64,000 nt of DNA. It comes from Octopus sinensis (lineage: Eukaryota). The stretch lies in contig NC_043000.1 of NCBI RefSeq assembly GCF_006345805.1, forward strand, positions 150,660,001-150,724,000, given 5' to 3'. The position numbers and the translations under genes are program-made. This document shows positions 12,510 to 25,175 of this stretch, one piece after another (position 1 is the first letter of the stretch; each line of letters opens with the position of its first letter). The notes below the pieces were generated by a model. It was not told the origin of the DNA and searched no databases. It worked only from the letters and a program-made list of their open reading frames with translations.

Positions 12510-12541
<32 letters not shown>

Positions 12542-13426
12542 TATTATAGTTTTCAGTAACAAAGCTCAATCTATGTTGTTTGCCAATCAAGATTATTTTT
12601 ATTTCGTTTCATTTCTGTTCAATTATTTTGTCTCATAGTTACTTTTCTTGCTGTTAATGTATCTACCAAGTCTGACAATACAAAGTTCGAATAACAAATT
12701 AAAAAAAAAAAAAAATAATAACATCCTCAGCAATTTTACTAAGTTATTTCACTTTCATTGAAAAAATTATTTCTATCTGTGATAAGTTTATTATTATATA
12801 TCTAGTCTAAGCCTTCTTTCTTCTGTCCAGCCATTGATGTATTTGTCAATGTGGATAAATAGATAAATAGATTGACAGTAGATATAAAAAAACTGAATAT
12901 TAAAATGCTATATTCTTGTCAGTTGCAATAATATATGATATTTAAAATTTTCCTCTCTTAAACACTTTATATTTCTCTCTTTTTCTCTCCCTACTTCTTA
13001 CTTCAATAAACTTTTTAACCGTGTCATTCTCCTCTTCACACCATCATCATTTCTCTCTTTCTCTTCGCCTCTCACTTCTCCTTACCACATGACAGCGTAC
13101 TGCGTTGGCTGGCATAGCATCACTACTCAGTTTCTGCCTCTCACTCACTATATAACTGCCCTCCCCCTCTCTCTCTCTCTCCCTATTTGTGCATCTTTAA
13201 CTTCATCACTTGAACATCATTTCTCTACTAAACATTGTATTTCTGACTCTATTTCTCTACATCTCTCCTTTCAACTATGTAATGACTATTACTCCCTCCC
13301 CACCACTCACATCATTAACACTTCTCTCTCATTCTTTTTCTCTCACTCTTTGTCTCTCTCCCTTCTACTAACCATGTGATAGCGTAATGCATTCACCCTT
13401 AGTGTATCAATAAGTAGATGATGATA

Positions 13427-13621
13427 GGGTGGTGAGCTGGCAGAAATGTTAACATGTTGGGTGAAATGCTTATGTTCTGAGTTCAAATTCTGCCAAAGTC
13501 AACTTTACCTTTCATCCTTTCAGGGTCGATAAATTAAGTACCAGTTGCATACTGGGATCAATCTAATTGACTGGTCCCCATCCCCCAAAATTTCGGGCCT
13601 TGTGCCTAGAGTAGAAAAGAA
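13427..13621 (+). mobile_element. Family C SINE
   Basis: tRNA-like head plus body; flanked by the direct repeat GTAGATGATGAT (likely TSD). Confidence 0.78.
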
Positions 13622-13651
13622 TATGTAGATGATGATGATGATAATGATGAT

Positions 13652-13870
13652 AATCCTTTCTACTATAGGCACAAAGCCTGAAATTTTGTGGGAGGGAGCT
13701 AAATCAATTACATTGACCCCAGTGCTTAACAGCTACTTATTTTATTGACCCTGAAAGTCTGAGAGGCAAAGTTGACCTCAGCAGATTTTGAACTCTAAAT
13801 GTAAAGATTACTGAAATGCCACTAAACATTTTGTTTGGCATGCTAAGGGCTCTGCTAGCTCACCACCTTA
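13652..13870 (-). mobile_element. Family C SINE, tail-to-tail with the previous copy
   Basis: Reverse complement of the same family, separated by ~30 bp of (GAT)n. Confidence 0.75.
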
Positions 13871-14607
13871 ATATTACTACTACTAATAATAATAACAAAA
13901 ATAATAAATTTGACTAATACTTACGCATGAATACTAAAATATTAATTCACTTGAACAAGGCATTGTTTACACACATACACAAATACACCTATGTATGTAT
14001 GTATGTACGTATGTATGTATGTATACATAATTTGTGTGTGTACATGTATGTAAGTATGTATGTATATATATTTATGAATACGGGAAGAACAATAGATTTG
14101 GAATTTAAAGTCCAAATGTTATTTTGTTTTTCACTGATGTATTGAAGACTTAATTAATGTTGGCAGTAGACATCCTTGACAATATAGTGATTAGTTTGAA
14201 TTACTTGGAAGACATCTAGTGACTTTCTTGTTTGGTTATCAAAAGACAGGTTGTTAGATGTATGTCAGAACTGTTTGTTGTTAGTTCATGATTCAAACGA
14301 AAACGTTCGGTTACGAGGGAAGACTGAATCTAGATGAATAAAGAAATTGATAGTGACTTATAGACATAAGAAGCTATTTAAGGAGAGAATACTTAAGTGT
14401 TATGAACTCATATTAGAAGATATATGAGTTTGTAGTAAAAGCTAGCCAAAACTGAAGTAGCTCAAACAAAAATTGAATTAAATGGTTAGATCTAAAAGAG
14501 TTTGCTTCAATATAGCATCAGCGGTGGTGGTGGTATTTCAGCAAACATTTTCAAAAGATAACATAATGGTGATACTGATTTTGTTGTAAAAATCTTGATA
14601 GTATAAA

Positions 14608-15000
14608 GGTGCAAGCGTGCCTGTGTGGTTAAGAAACTCGCTTTGCAATAACATGGTTCTGTGTTCTGTCCCACTGTGTGGCACCTTGGGCAAGTGTTTT
14701 TTACTGTAGCCTTGGACTAATCAATGCTTTGTGAGTGAATTTGATTAATGGTAACTGTATGGAAGCCCACATATGTACATAATTGTCTTTGTGTTTGTCA
14801 ACCTTTCCCACTGCTTGTCACTTGGTATTGGTCTTTTTATATGTTTACAATGTATCTAAGTGGTTCGGCAAAAGAGAGCAATAGAATAAGTACCAGATTT
14901 TGAAATAAGCTCACATTGGATTTGTTGGATCTGTGTTGGATTTCTATGATTAAATCTTTCAAGGCAGTGCCCCAGTATCACTTCAGTTTGATGACTGAGA
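14608..15000 (+). mobile_element. Old family A SINE
   Basis: Degenerate head and the CACCTTGGGCAAGTG block. Confidence 0.6.
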
Positions 15001-15140
15001 TCTTACTAGTTCTATGAAATGCAAGTATGGAAAAGGAAATACAATGTTTTCTCTCTAGATTTTGCAACATTGTTAGAAAAGGGAATCTCATACTACTAGT
15101 AGTTACCTTTCTGCTTATTCACCTTATCATTTAAAGTCAT

Positions 15141-15560
15141 GAGCTGGCAGAATCGTTAGCACGCCAGGTGAAATACTTAGCGGTATTTCATCTGCCGCTA
15201 CGTTCTGAGTTCAAATTCCGCTGAGATTGACTTTGCCTTTCATCCTTTCGGGTCGATTAAATAAGTACCAGTTATGCACTGGGGTCAATATAATCAACTT
15301 AATCCATTTGTCTGTCCTTGTTTGTCCTCTCTGTGTTTAGCCCCTTGCGGGTAGTAAAGAAATAGAAATAGGTATCTCGTCTGTCTTTACGTTCTGAGTT
15401 CAAATTCTGCCGAGGTTGACTTTGCCTTTCATCCTTTCGGGGTTGATAAATTAAGTACCAGTTATGCACTGGGGTCGATATAATCGACTCAATCTGTTTG
15501 TCTGTCCTTGTTTGTCCTCTCTGTGTTTAGCCCCTTGTGGGTAATAAACAAATAGGTATT
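15141..15560 (+). mobile_element. Family C SINE with tandemly duplicated body
   Basis: One head followed by two body/tail units joined at GAAATAGGTAT. Confidence 0.8.
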
Positions 15561-15576
15561 TTGCCTGACACTGTGT

Positions 15577-16195
15577 TCATCATCATCATTTAGTGTCTGT
15601 TGACCATGGAAACTACAGCTGGATGCCCTTCCTAACCACTCTGAGAGCAATGGGTGCTTTTACTTGCCACTGGTATGGGTGCCATTTGCATGACATTGGT
15701 ATCTGCCACAGCTGTGATTTTACTTGGTTTGATGGGTCTTCTCAAGCATGACATAATGCCAAAGGTCTTGGTCATTGCCTGTGTGAGGCCCAACATTTGA
15801 AAGGAGTTTTTCACATGCCTTCGGTATCAGCCACTTTGCCCCCATGAGGCCCAGTGCTTGAAAGGTGATTTTTACATGCCACCAAGATGGGTGCCTGTTA
15901 CGTGATATCAGCATCAGACATGACTACAATTTCACTTGGCTTGACGGGTCTTCTTGAGCACAGCATATCGCCAAAGGTCATGAGTCATCGCCTCTATGAG
16001 GCCCAAAGTTCGAAGCTAATGCTTCACCACCTCGTTACATGTCTTCCTGGGTCTACTTCTGCCACAGGTTCCCTCTACAGTTAGAGGTCAGCACTTCTTT
16101 ACACAGCTGTCCTCATCCATATGCATCACATGACCATACTAGCACATTCGTCTCTCTTGCACTTCACATCTTATGCCTCTTATGCCCAACTTTTC
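15577..16195 (-). mobile_element. RTE LINE 3' end (ORF2 C-terminus plus 3' UTR)
   Basis: Decayed LGIRGI...GHV.HMDED...VEGTCG..RPRKT coding end running into the family D UTR. Confidence 0.75.
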
Positions 16196-16586
16196 TCTCT
16201 TTACTCTTTACTCTTTTCAGTCATTTGACTGTGGCCATGCTGGAGCACCGCCTTTAGTCGAGCAAATCGACCCCGGGACTTATTCTTTGTAAGCCCAGTA
16301 CTTATTCTATCGGTCTCTTTTGCCGAACCGCTAAGTGACGGGTACGTAAACACACCAGCATCGGTTGTCAAGCAATGCTAGGGGGACAAACACAGACACA
16401 GAAACACATACACACACATATACATATATATACATATATACGACAGGCTTCTTTCAGTTTCCATCTACCAAATCCACTCACAAGGCATTGGTCAGCCCGG
16501 GGCTATAGCAGAAGATACTTGCCCAAGATGCCACGCAGTGGAACTGAACCCGGAACCATGTGGTTGGTTAGCAAGCTACTTACCAC
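16196..16586 (-). mobile_element. Family A SINE abutting the RTE fragment
   Basis: Full-length reverse copy. Confidence 0.85.
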
Positions 16587-17242
16587 ACATTAAAAATCTT
16601 CCAATATCGACTTTGCCTTTCATCCTTTTGGGGTCGAAGTAATCAATTTGCCCCTCCTCACAAAATTCAGGTCTTGTGCCTATAGCAGGAATGATTATTA
16701 TATTAATCCCTATCTGCATTCTGAGAATGGAAGTATTTACAATGGGAATGGAATTGTTGTACAACACTTACTTTTGAATCCTATAAATTGGTTTTCTCTA
16801 ATGTCTTCAGCTCTTTAACCCTTTGCCTGACCAAAGGATTTTCATAAGTTTGTCTTAAATGTCCATGCCCGTTTTCAGGCTTTTAGTTGGCCCTTGTTAC
16901 ATAGGTTCTGAGTAATATAAAACTTTCCTTTCATAAGTTCCAAATTACTTTGGTGGTTGAAATAAAAATAAATTGGGAATCTGTTTCAAATATGATGTGT
17001 GGATGCCTGACAAAAATCATGTGTGATCAAAGAACACTCAGAGGATTAAAAGAATTTATTTATTTTTATGCTAGACATAATGTGGTTTGCAAACGAGTGC
17101 TTGTGATGTTAAAGGTCTATATATTCATGGAAGGAAGTAATATTTCAATAGATTATATGATTGTATAGTATATAAATAAATTGATAGAAGTGATGAGTAG
17201 AGAATTTAATTATACAGAGATAAAATATGTCCAGATTTTATG

Positions 17243-17408
17243 AGGCATCACTGTGTGGTAAGAGGTTTGATTCCCAGCTATATAGTTCTGGGTTCAGTCA
17301 CACTGCATGGTACCTTGGGAAAATGTTTCTACTATAACCTTGGGCTGACTAAAGTCTTGTGAGTGGATTTGATGGATGGAAACTGAAAAAAGCCAATCAT
17401 ATATAAAG

Positions 17409-17445
<37 letters not shown>

Positions 17446-17625
17446 TCCTTGCCTTGGCATCAAGTGAAAATATGTGGTCATGGAGAAATATTACCTTACT
17501 TGGAATTAGGTGAGGGTTGGTGATAGAAGAGGTATCTGGCCATAGAAAATCTGCCCCCACAAATTCTGCCCAGTCCATGCAAGCATGGAAAAGTGGACCT
17601 TAAAAGGAGGATAATGACTGATAAT
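17243..17625 (+). mobile_element. A-head SINE with alternative RTE-like tail
   Basis: Family A head and body, (TG)n, then GGTGAGGGTTGGTGATAGAAGAGGTATCTGGCCATAG...GCAAGCATGGAAAAGTGGAC. Confidence 0.6.
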
Positions 17626-18502
17626 GATTTTATGAATACAAGGATTAGCTATTATGTGGTGCATATTAATTTAGAAGCAAATACGTGTTATTATATACTT
17701 AATTTTACCAAGTTTTCCTTTGTCGGCCAAGAGGTTTATTCTCAATTAATCCACCTATTTTCTAAATTATATTTTGCCTATCTATTGTAATATATTTAAT
17801 TTACCAAATATATCTGCAGAAACATTTTGAAATAACTGTATTAAGTAACAATAAAGTCAATTAGTTCTACTAATAATAAGTAATAATCTTCACTGAAATG
17901 TTGATAATTCTCAAAATAAAAGTTTTATTTCCGTCTATTCAGTCATGCCTGATTAAAAGCTATGAAAACACCTTTGTCTTATTTTCTAAACTGACTGGTG
18001 TTTTCGCAGTCTTTTTATCTCTGCATCATTCACTTGGCCTTGTTCTTTTTTTCCTTTCTGCTGCTATTACCATGCAATTGAAGGCAGTTAACCTTTCTTT
18101 TTTTTCTTTTTTTTTTTTCATTTTTTTTCATCCAGTTTTTATACTTGTCTTGTATGCTATGCATTTTGCTAAATTTAAATTGCTGTCCCTTTTATATAAC
18201 ACTCACATTGAACACCAGTAACTATGTTTGTACTTTTTTTTACATACACAGTTGGTGTGGAATTACTGTCTTTTGTGCACACCAGCTAGTGTGAAATTGC
18301 TTTCTTTGTTTGCATCAGGTTCTATGACCAGCTGCAGACAAGTCTCTTATCCCTTCATAATGCTTTTTGAATGGTTCCTCTTTGAATTGCTCCCTTCCCT
18401 TACAGTAGTTATAAGCCAAAAAAAAAAAAAAAAAAAGTAAATAAAAGATCTAAATTATATATATATATATATATTTTTGTATTTTTCTTATATATTTTCC
18501 AG

Positions 18503-18585
18503 TTACTTATTCAGGGTGTCAGTGAAACTTTAATATCAACCCGCGTTGTTCCAGGACTCGTTACTTTGGCAAATGACCCAGAGGT
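18503..18585 (+). CDS. RELCH: RELCH internal coding exon, 83 bp
   Basis: ttttccAG acceptor; GTAAGT donor at 18586. LLIQGVSETLISTRVVPGLVTLANDPE plus GT (phase 2), matching human LLVKGVNETLVAQRVVPALITLSSDPE. In frame with the previous exon (phase 0). Confidence 0.93.
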
Positions 18586-19469
18586 GTAAGTTCATGTTTT
18601 TCATTGTCAGTTTTTATATACATCATGCGCTGCACAAGACATTTAGATATAGAATCATAAATTTATACACCATCATATACTGGAAGTAGGAAAGATAGAA
18701 GAAGAAAGAGTAAGGGAGAGGGGGAAAAACAGAGGAAAAGAAATCCAGCATGAATATAAATTTGTTTTATCAGTCATTATTTTGTATTTTATTATTCAAT
18801 GAAGCCTTTGATTTTCATTTCTCAATTAGCTTGCTGAAATAGTTTAAAATTAGCAAGCATTTTTAAGTGAAGGTAATAAAAATTAAAATTTTTTCTTCTA
18901 TATGTGTGTGTGTGTGGTGTGTGTGTGTGTGTGTGTGTGTTTAGAAACATTGTCAAACATGATGCCAACATCGTCACAATAATTGTTACTGCTATTATTC
19001 TCAGTTTTCTCATCGACAATAATTTATTTCGTTTCCAATCCTAGCCTGAAGTTTCCTGGTTCATGCCAGCATTGAGGCCTCTATAAACAGAACTGATTAA
19101 GTTATGCCAGAATAGAGAAAAACAAATGCGTGGATGATAATTGTTGTTGAAGATAGCAGTGGAGGTGTAGGGGAAGGTTTAGGAGAGAAGATAAGTTGGA
19201 TATAAAATAAATTTGATGATAAATATTAAAAAAATCGTTATAAAACCCTGAAAATAAATAGTGTGTGTATGCATACATATGCCTGTGTGTGTGGTGTGTG
19301 TGTGTGAGGGTATTATAGTACTGTGATAGTACTGTGTGTAAATAGACTTACATATGCATGTAAGTGTACATTTAGCCTTACAGTGGTTGAACCTTTGAAC
19401 TCTCTCTGTAAGATGGATGGAAGGACACGAGTTGCTCATCAGGATAGTTTTACTTTATCAGTAAGAGAG

Positions 19470-19533
<64 letters not shown>

Positions 19534-19981
19534 GTGGGAGGAAATCATAGCTTACAGCTACTTATGAAAAGTGCGAAGGATTTTAAAAAAAAATTTTTGA
19601 CATTTGCATATCTGTCGCCATCGAGGATGAATTAATGAATTAATGCCACTTAGATATAACGGCCTTTCAACTGCATTGAACAATCCATTATGTGTTCTGA
19701 GTACCAGCGAAACTAGCCAAGTTGTCCATCACTACATTCTGCAGGAAGAGCCAGCAAGACTAAAATGTACATCAATTAAACAGATGCATGTAGCGTCACT
19801 TAATGATATTGTCCACAAAAACATTGACTTGGTGGTATTTTGGTTAAGTTATTTACAACAGCAGTGAATGTACTGATATGCAAAATACCCCTTTGTCATT
19901 GCATGTTTCATAAGTAGTTGCGACTATTCTCTCTCATTCTCTCTCTCTCTCACTCTCTGCCTCTGTCTCTCCCTCTCCCTA

Positions 19982-20290
19982 TATGTGTGTGTGTAATGTA
20001 TATGTGTGTGTGTGTGTATGTTTGTGTGAAGAGATGTGTATATGTATGATTGTATGCATGTCTCTCTCTTTCTCTCTCAGTATATATATGTGCCTGTGTG
20101 TGTATGTATGTTTATATGCATGCATATCTCTCTCTCTCTCTCCCTTTCTACATGTATATACATATATGTGCCTGTGTGTGTATGTATGTTTATATGCATA
20201 TCTCTCTCTCTCTCTCTCTCTCTCTCCCTTTCTACATGTATATACATATATGTGTGTGTGTATGTGTGTGTGTGTGTGTGTATATTTGTG
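19982..20290. repeat. Compound microsatellite / ~68-bp minisatellite
   Basis: Unit (TC)n-CCTTTCTACATGTATATACATATATGTGCCTGTGTGTG... repeated about 2.5 times. Confidence 0.7.
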
Positions 20291-20592
20291 TGATAAGGTT
20301 TATTGATCGTGACATACAACCAATATTTAAAGCTCCATGCATTTGGTTCTAATCTATATCCTACTTTGCCAAGTATTTTAAGCATCTCAGTGACTACCTC
20401 ATATAGGCCAGCTGTTTTTCTCTGCCTTCATATTCTTAATCATCCTATGTACTATATGGCTGTCAACATGAATAGCTTCTATTGACTCTACTTAGAATAG
20501 ACCCTCTTTCCTGAGCATTCTCCACATTCAACAGCCTTCCATAGCTTTCTTTTCAACATCATTGAGTGCAAGTATGCTGTTATCATTCTATA

Positions 20593-21960
20593 TCATCATC
20601 ATCGTTTAGCGTCCGCTTTCCATGCTAGCATGGGTTGGACGGTTCGACTGGGGATCTGGGAAGCAAGAAGGCTGCACCAGGCTCCAGTCTGATCTGGCAG
20701 TGTTTCTACAGCTGGATGCCCTTCCTAACGCCAACCACTCCATGAGGGTAGTGGGTGCTTTTTACGTGCCACCTGCACAGGTGCCAGGCGAGGCTGGCAA
20801 CGGCCACGATCGGATACTTGTGTATATCTGTGTGTGTGTGCATGCGTGCATGTGTGCAGGTGTGCATATATACACACACATGCACATATATGTATGTGTG
20901 TCTGTATGATCATCATCATTTATTGTCCGTTGTCCATGCCAGTATTGATTGGAGGTTTTGACCAGGGCTGGCAAGCTGGAAGGCTGCATCAGACCCCTGT
21001 CTGATTTGGCATGGTTTCTATGGCTGGATGCTCTTCCTAATGCCAAACATTCTAAGAGTGCAAGGGGTGTTTTTATGTGCCACCAGCACAGGTGCCATTT
21101 GCAGGACACTGGTATCTGTCATGACTGCAGTTTTACTTGGCATGATAGGTCTTCTTCTCAAGCACGACATAATATCAAAGGTCTCTGTCATTGCCTCCGT
21201 GAGGCCCAACACTTGAAAGGAGCTCAACCACTTTGCCTCCATGAGGCCCAACACTCAAAAAGTGCTTTTTACGTGCCACCGGTACAGGTGCTAGTTACAT
21301 GACACCAGCACCAGCCATGACTATGATTGCATTTGACTTGACAGGTCTTCTTAAGCACAGCATATTGCCAAAGGTCTCAGTCACAAGTCATTGCCTCTGT
21401 GAGGCCCAAAGTTCGGAGATCATGCTTCACCACCCTGTCCCATGTCTTCCTTGGTCTATCTCTACCACAGGTTCCCTCCACTGTTAGAGATTGGCACTTC
21501 TTTGCACAGTTGTCCTTGTCCATATGCATCACATGACCATACCAGTGCAGTTGTCTCTCTTGCCCATCACATCTGATGCCTCTTATGTCTAACTTTTCTC
21601 TCAAGATGCTTACACTCTGTCGAACATGCATGCTGACATTGCACATCTGTGAAGCATACTGGCTTCATTCCTTTCAAGTCTATGCATATTCTCAGCTGTC
21701 ATAGCCGATGTTTCACTGTTGTGTAGCATAGTTATTTGTACACAGGCATCATCCAGTTTGCCTTTCTCTCTGAGAGAGAGGCCCTTTGTTGCCAGCAGAG
21801 GTAGGAGCTCTTTGAACCTTGCCCAACCTAATTTTATTCTCAGTTATGCTCTTGGAGCATCCACCTCCACTACTAACTTGGTCACCTAGATAACAGAAGC
21901 TATCTGCTACCTCTAGCTTATGCCAGTGGCAACTGATGGAGTTTATTTTCTGTACATTTT
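20593..21960 (-). mobile_element. Two family D ends; the second continues into RTE ORF2 C-terminus (~21300-21960)
   Basis: Minus-strand LEVADSFCYLGDQVSSGGGC...LHWYGHVMHM...VEGTCGRDRPRKTW, contiguous with the D-family UTR and (GAT)n tail. Confidence 0.8.
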
Positions 21961-22181
21961 GGGTGTTTATTGTATCAGTGCATCTTCCTCACACAAAAGC
22001 TATTTTCTGTTAACTTTCCTTTGATATTGCCGCACCACTTTTATGTCCAAAGCTTACATCGGGTACATCTTATGGTGTTTTTATCTATGCCTTTTCTACA
22101 AATCAAGCAGGGCCATCTATGTGAAGAGATATGTGATTTGTGCCTTCCTACTTACAAAAGACTTTTGTGTTTGCTACCACC

Positions 22182-22215
<34 letters not shown>

Positions 22216-22890
22216 TCATTTATTTCTCCATGCTCCTTTGGGATGTGCATGCATTGAATACATAATGTTTCGAGTATTTCTATCCTGTGTATTCTGTGAT
22301 GTTTTTTTTCTTTTTCCTTTCCTTCAATGAACTGCATTCTTTGTCTAATTCCAATTGTTCGGATAGTCTTAAATCAGCCTATCATAGTAATGTCAGCCTC
22401 AGCAGATTGTTCTTCCATGCGAAGACTTTCTCATTCCCCGTGGTTCAAGCTGCTCTGAATGAATAGAACAGGTGTGTTTATCATGTATGTCAGAACCAGA
22501 GAAGTTGATTTCTTGGAAATCAAGACTTGGAGTCTTCTCTATTGCATCATGGTTCTATTTCAGGTGACTATTCTACTAGGTGAAATATGAATATATGTAA
22601 ATATATTTAGCGGCCTAAATGCTATTGAAGATTGTTATTTTTTCCTTGCTTTTTAAATTTTTATATTATAGTTTTTATGGATGATAGACAAAACCTTTTA
22701 AATTTTGATTTTGATTTTTCCAGTTTCAGCTCATGAGCTGTGGCCATGCTGGGGCACCGCCATTAAAATGTTGACTTTTCATTATGTACACTTTCTGCAT
22801 ATTAGAATGGCACTTTAAATATTTATGGTTTCGTTTTTGGATTTGGTTTGCAAGATTCTTTATATGAGTTTGTGTGTTGAAGCATATTCT

Positions 22891-23157
22891 GTTGTGTCTG
22901 GAGAGAATCATTTTCTTTTTGTGCCTTATAATGTAACACACTCACCAGTAAAATTTCCACTTATTTCTTATTTTTATTTTCCTAAAATTTTCATTGTCTT
23001 GCAACCATTTCAATGGTCTTGACTCTCAAGACTATTGAAAAGGTTGCAAGACAATGAAAATTTTAGGAAAATAAAAATAAGAAATAAGTGGAAATTTTAC
23101 TGGTGAGTGTGTTACATTATAAGGCACAAAATGAAAATGACTCCCCCCAGACACAAC
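22891..23157. repeat. 267-bp near-perfect palindrome (132-bp arms, 3-nt loop)
   Basis: Arms pair without indels (22891 with 23157, 23022 with 23026); loop CTC at 23023-23025; about 6 mismatches seen. Confidence 0.95.
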
Positions 23158-23412
23158 TAAATTTATGGTCTTTTCCCAATATTCATCAAATCTGTTTTTA
23201 GTTGTTTGGTTGGTTGTCTACAACTTGACAACCTCCCTTGGTTATTGATCTTGGTTTATATTGATCTCCTGACAATGTTTGCTACCTTTATTAACTTTTT
23301 GTAACACTTCTTAAAAATAATTTATATCAGTCACCTTTTGATGATAGCTGACTATATTTCAAAACATTTTTTGAAAAATTTTTAACTCCACCTCATATTC
23401 CCCTACAGGCAT

Positions 23413-23835
23413 ATACCTATTTCTTTATTACCCACAAGGGGCTAAACATAGAGGGGACAAACAAGGACAGACATAGGTATTAAGTCGATTACATCGACCC
23501 CAGTGCGTAACTGGTACTTTAATTTATCGACCCCGAAAGGATGAAAGGCAAAGTCGACCTCGGCGGAATTTGAACTCAGAACGTAACAGCAAACGAAATA
23601 CCTATTTCTTTATTACCCACAAGGGGCTAAACATAGAGGGGACAAACAAGGACAGACATAGGTATTAAGTCGATTACATCGACCCCAGTGCGTAACTGGT
23701 ACTTTAATTTATCGACCCCCGAAAGGATGAAAGGCAAAGTCGACCTCGGCGGAATTTGAACTCAGAACGTAGCGGCAGACGAAATACCACAAAGCATTTC
23801 GCCCAGCGTGCTAACGTTTCTGCCAGCTCGCCGCC
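23413..23835 (-). mobile_element. Young family C SINE with near-identical tandem body duplication (~186-bp period)
   Basis: CpG-rich; two units each starting ATACCTATTTC on the + strand; a single tRNA head. Confidence 0.85.
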
Positions 23836-23904
23836 TTTTATACCATATCTGCTCTCTTTTAATTTTGGGTCATAGGATATAAATCAAATACCTTGACTAT
23901 AACT

Positions 23905-24283
23905 GCACATGGGCATGGCTGTATGGTTAAGAGGTTTGCTTCACAACTGTGTGATTTGGGATTTCGTTCCATTCTGCAGCAGCTTGCGTAAATGTTGTCT
24001 ACTGTAGTACTGGGCCAACCAATTCCTTGTGAGTGAATTTGGTAGATGCAAACTGTGTGGGGGGGAGCCAGGTGTGTGTGTGTGTGTATGTATATCTTTG
24101 TGTTTGTCCTCTCCTATCTCCTTGACATCTGGTGTTGGTTTGTTTATGTCCTTGTAACCTAGAGGTCTGGCAAAAAGAGACTTGTAAAATTAGCACTAGT
24201 CTTGATTTGTTCTACTAAACTGTTCTCAGTGATACCCCAGTAAGGCTGCAGTCCAATGACCGAAACAAGTAAAAGAAGAAAAG
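23905..24283 (+). mobile_element. Old family A SINE
   Basis: Degenerate head, body and tail. Confidence 0.65.
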
Positions 24284-24600
24284 ATTGTATTAATACTAGA
24301 GTACTAATACAATATTGATCATGGATAGCTAAATATATGGACTTCGGAGTGTGTTTCCAATAGCTTGAATTAAGATTGAGCTGACTGGCTGTATATTGTT
24401 TTTTTTAACAACTCACCAGGATTTATTTAATTCTCCTTTCCAAGATGCTGAGCATTAGTTACAGAGGGTGACTTGTTAAAATGTAAATAGAATTGTCAAA
24501 AATGCAACACATGGGATCTTATTTCACAGTAGTGCCAAATAAGTATGAATGTGACTATATACTTATTCATTTGCAAACCATGATTTATCAGCACTCAGCT

Positions 24601-24822
24601 AATTTATATTATTTACATTTGATGGATATTTGTCCTCATCTTGTTTGTTGTTAACACAACGTTTCGGCTGATATACCCTCCAGCCTTCATCAGGGGTCTT
24701 GGGGAAATTTCTCATTCGTAAGGTATTTTTCTATGTTATTATTATTACTATTGTTGTTGTTGTTATTATTATTACTATTGTTGTTGTTGTTGTTATTATT
24801 ATTATTGTTATTATTATTATTA

Positions 24823-24854
<32 letters not shown>

Positions 24855-25175
24855 TCACTGCCTGGAATCTTGGGATTAGTAGCCCTTGTTCTTAACCACT
24901 GGTTAAGAGCGCGGGCTACTAACCCCAAGATTCCGAGTTCGATTCCAGGCAGTGACCTGAATAATAATAATAATAATAACAATAGTAATAATAATAGCAT
25001 TGAAAAATACCTTAGGAATGAGAACCCAGGTTCGAAATTTCCCCAAGACACCTGATGAAGGCTGGAGGGTATATCAGCCGAAATGTGTTAACAACAATCA
25101 AGATGAGGACAAATATCCATCAATTGTAAATAATATAAATAATGTACATAATTCCTCATCTCTTAAATATAGAAC
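24601..25175. mobile_element. Head-to-head inverted pair of tRNA-head/hammerhead-tail elements (family H)
   Basis: Symmetry centre CTTAACCA-C-TGGTTAAG at 24899. Each arm has a tRNA-like head, an (AAT)n linker and a tail with CTGATGA-AGGCTG..CAGCC-GAAA. Confidence 0.8.
24653..24698 (-). ncRNA. Minimal type I hammerhead ribozyme motif (predicted, Penelope type)
   Basis: Minus strand GACCC-CTGATGA-AGGCTG GAGGGTATAT CAGCC-GAAAC-GTT-GTGTT: intact core, palindromic AACGTT in place of stem III, one stem I mismatch. Confidence 0.6.

Noticed and set aside
14228-14340. Short frame LVWLSKDRLLDVCQNCLLLVHDSNENVRL with a HEAT-like D..NVR
   Set aside because: Bounded by stops, no compatible splice sites, and RELCH is already continuous without it.
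22544-22566. TATTTCAG|GTGACT possible recursive splice site
   Set aside because: Donor deviates from consensus and the pyrimidine tract is short; expected by chance in AT-rich introns.
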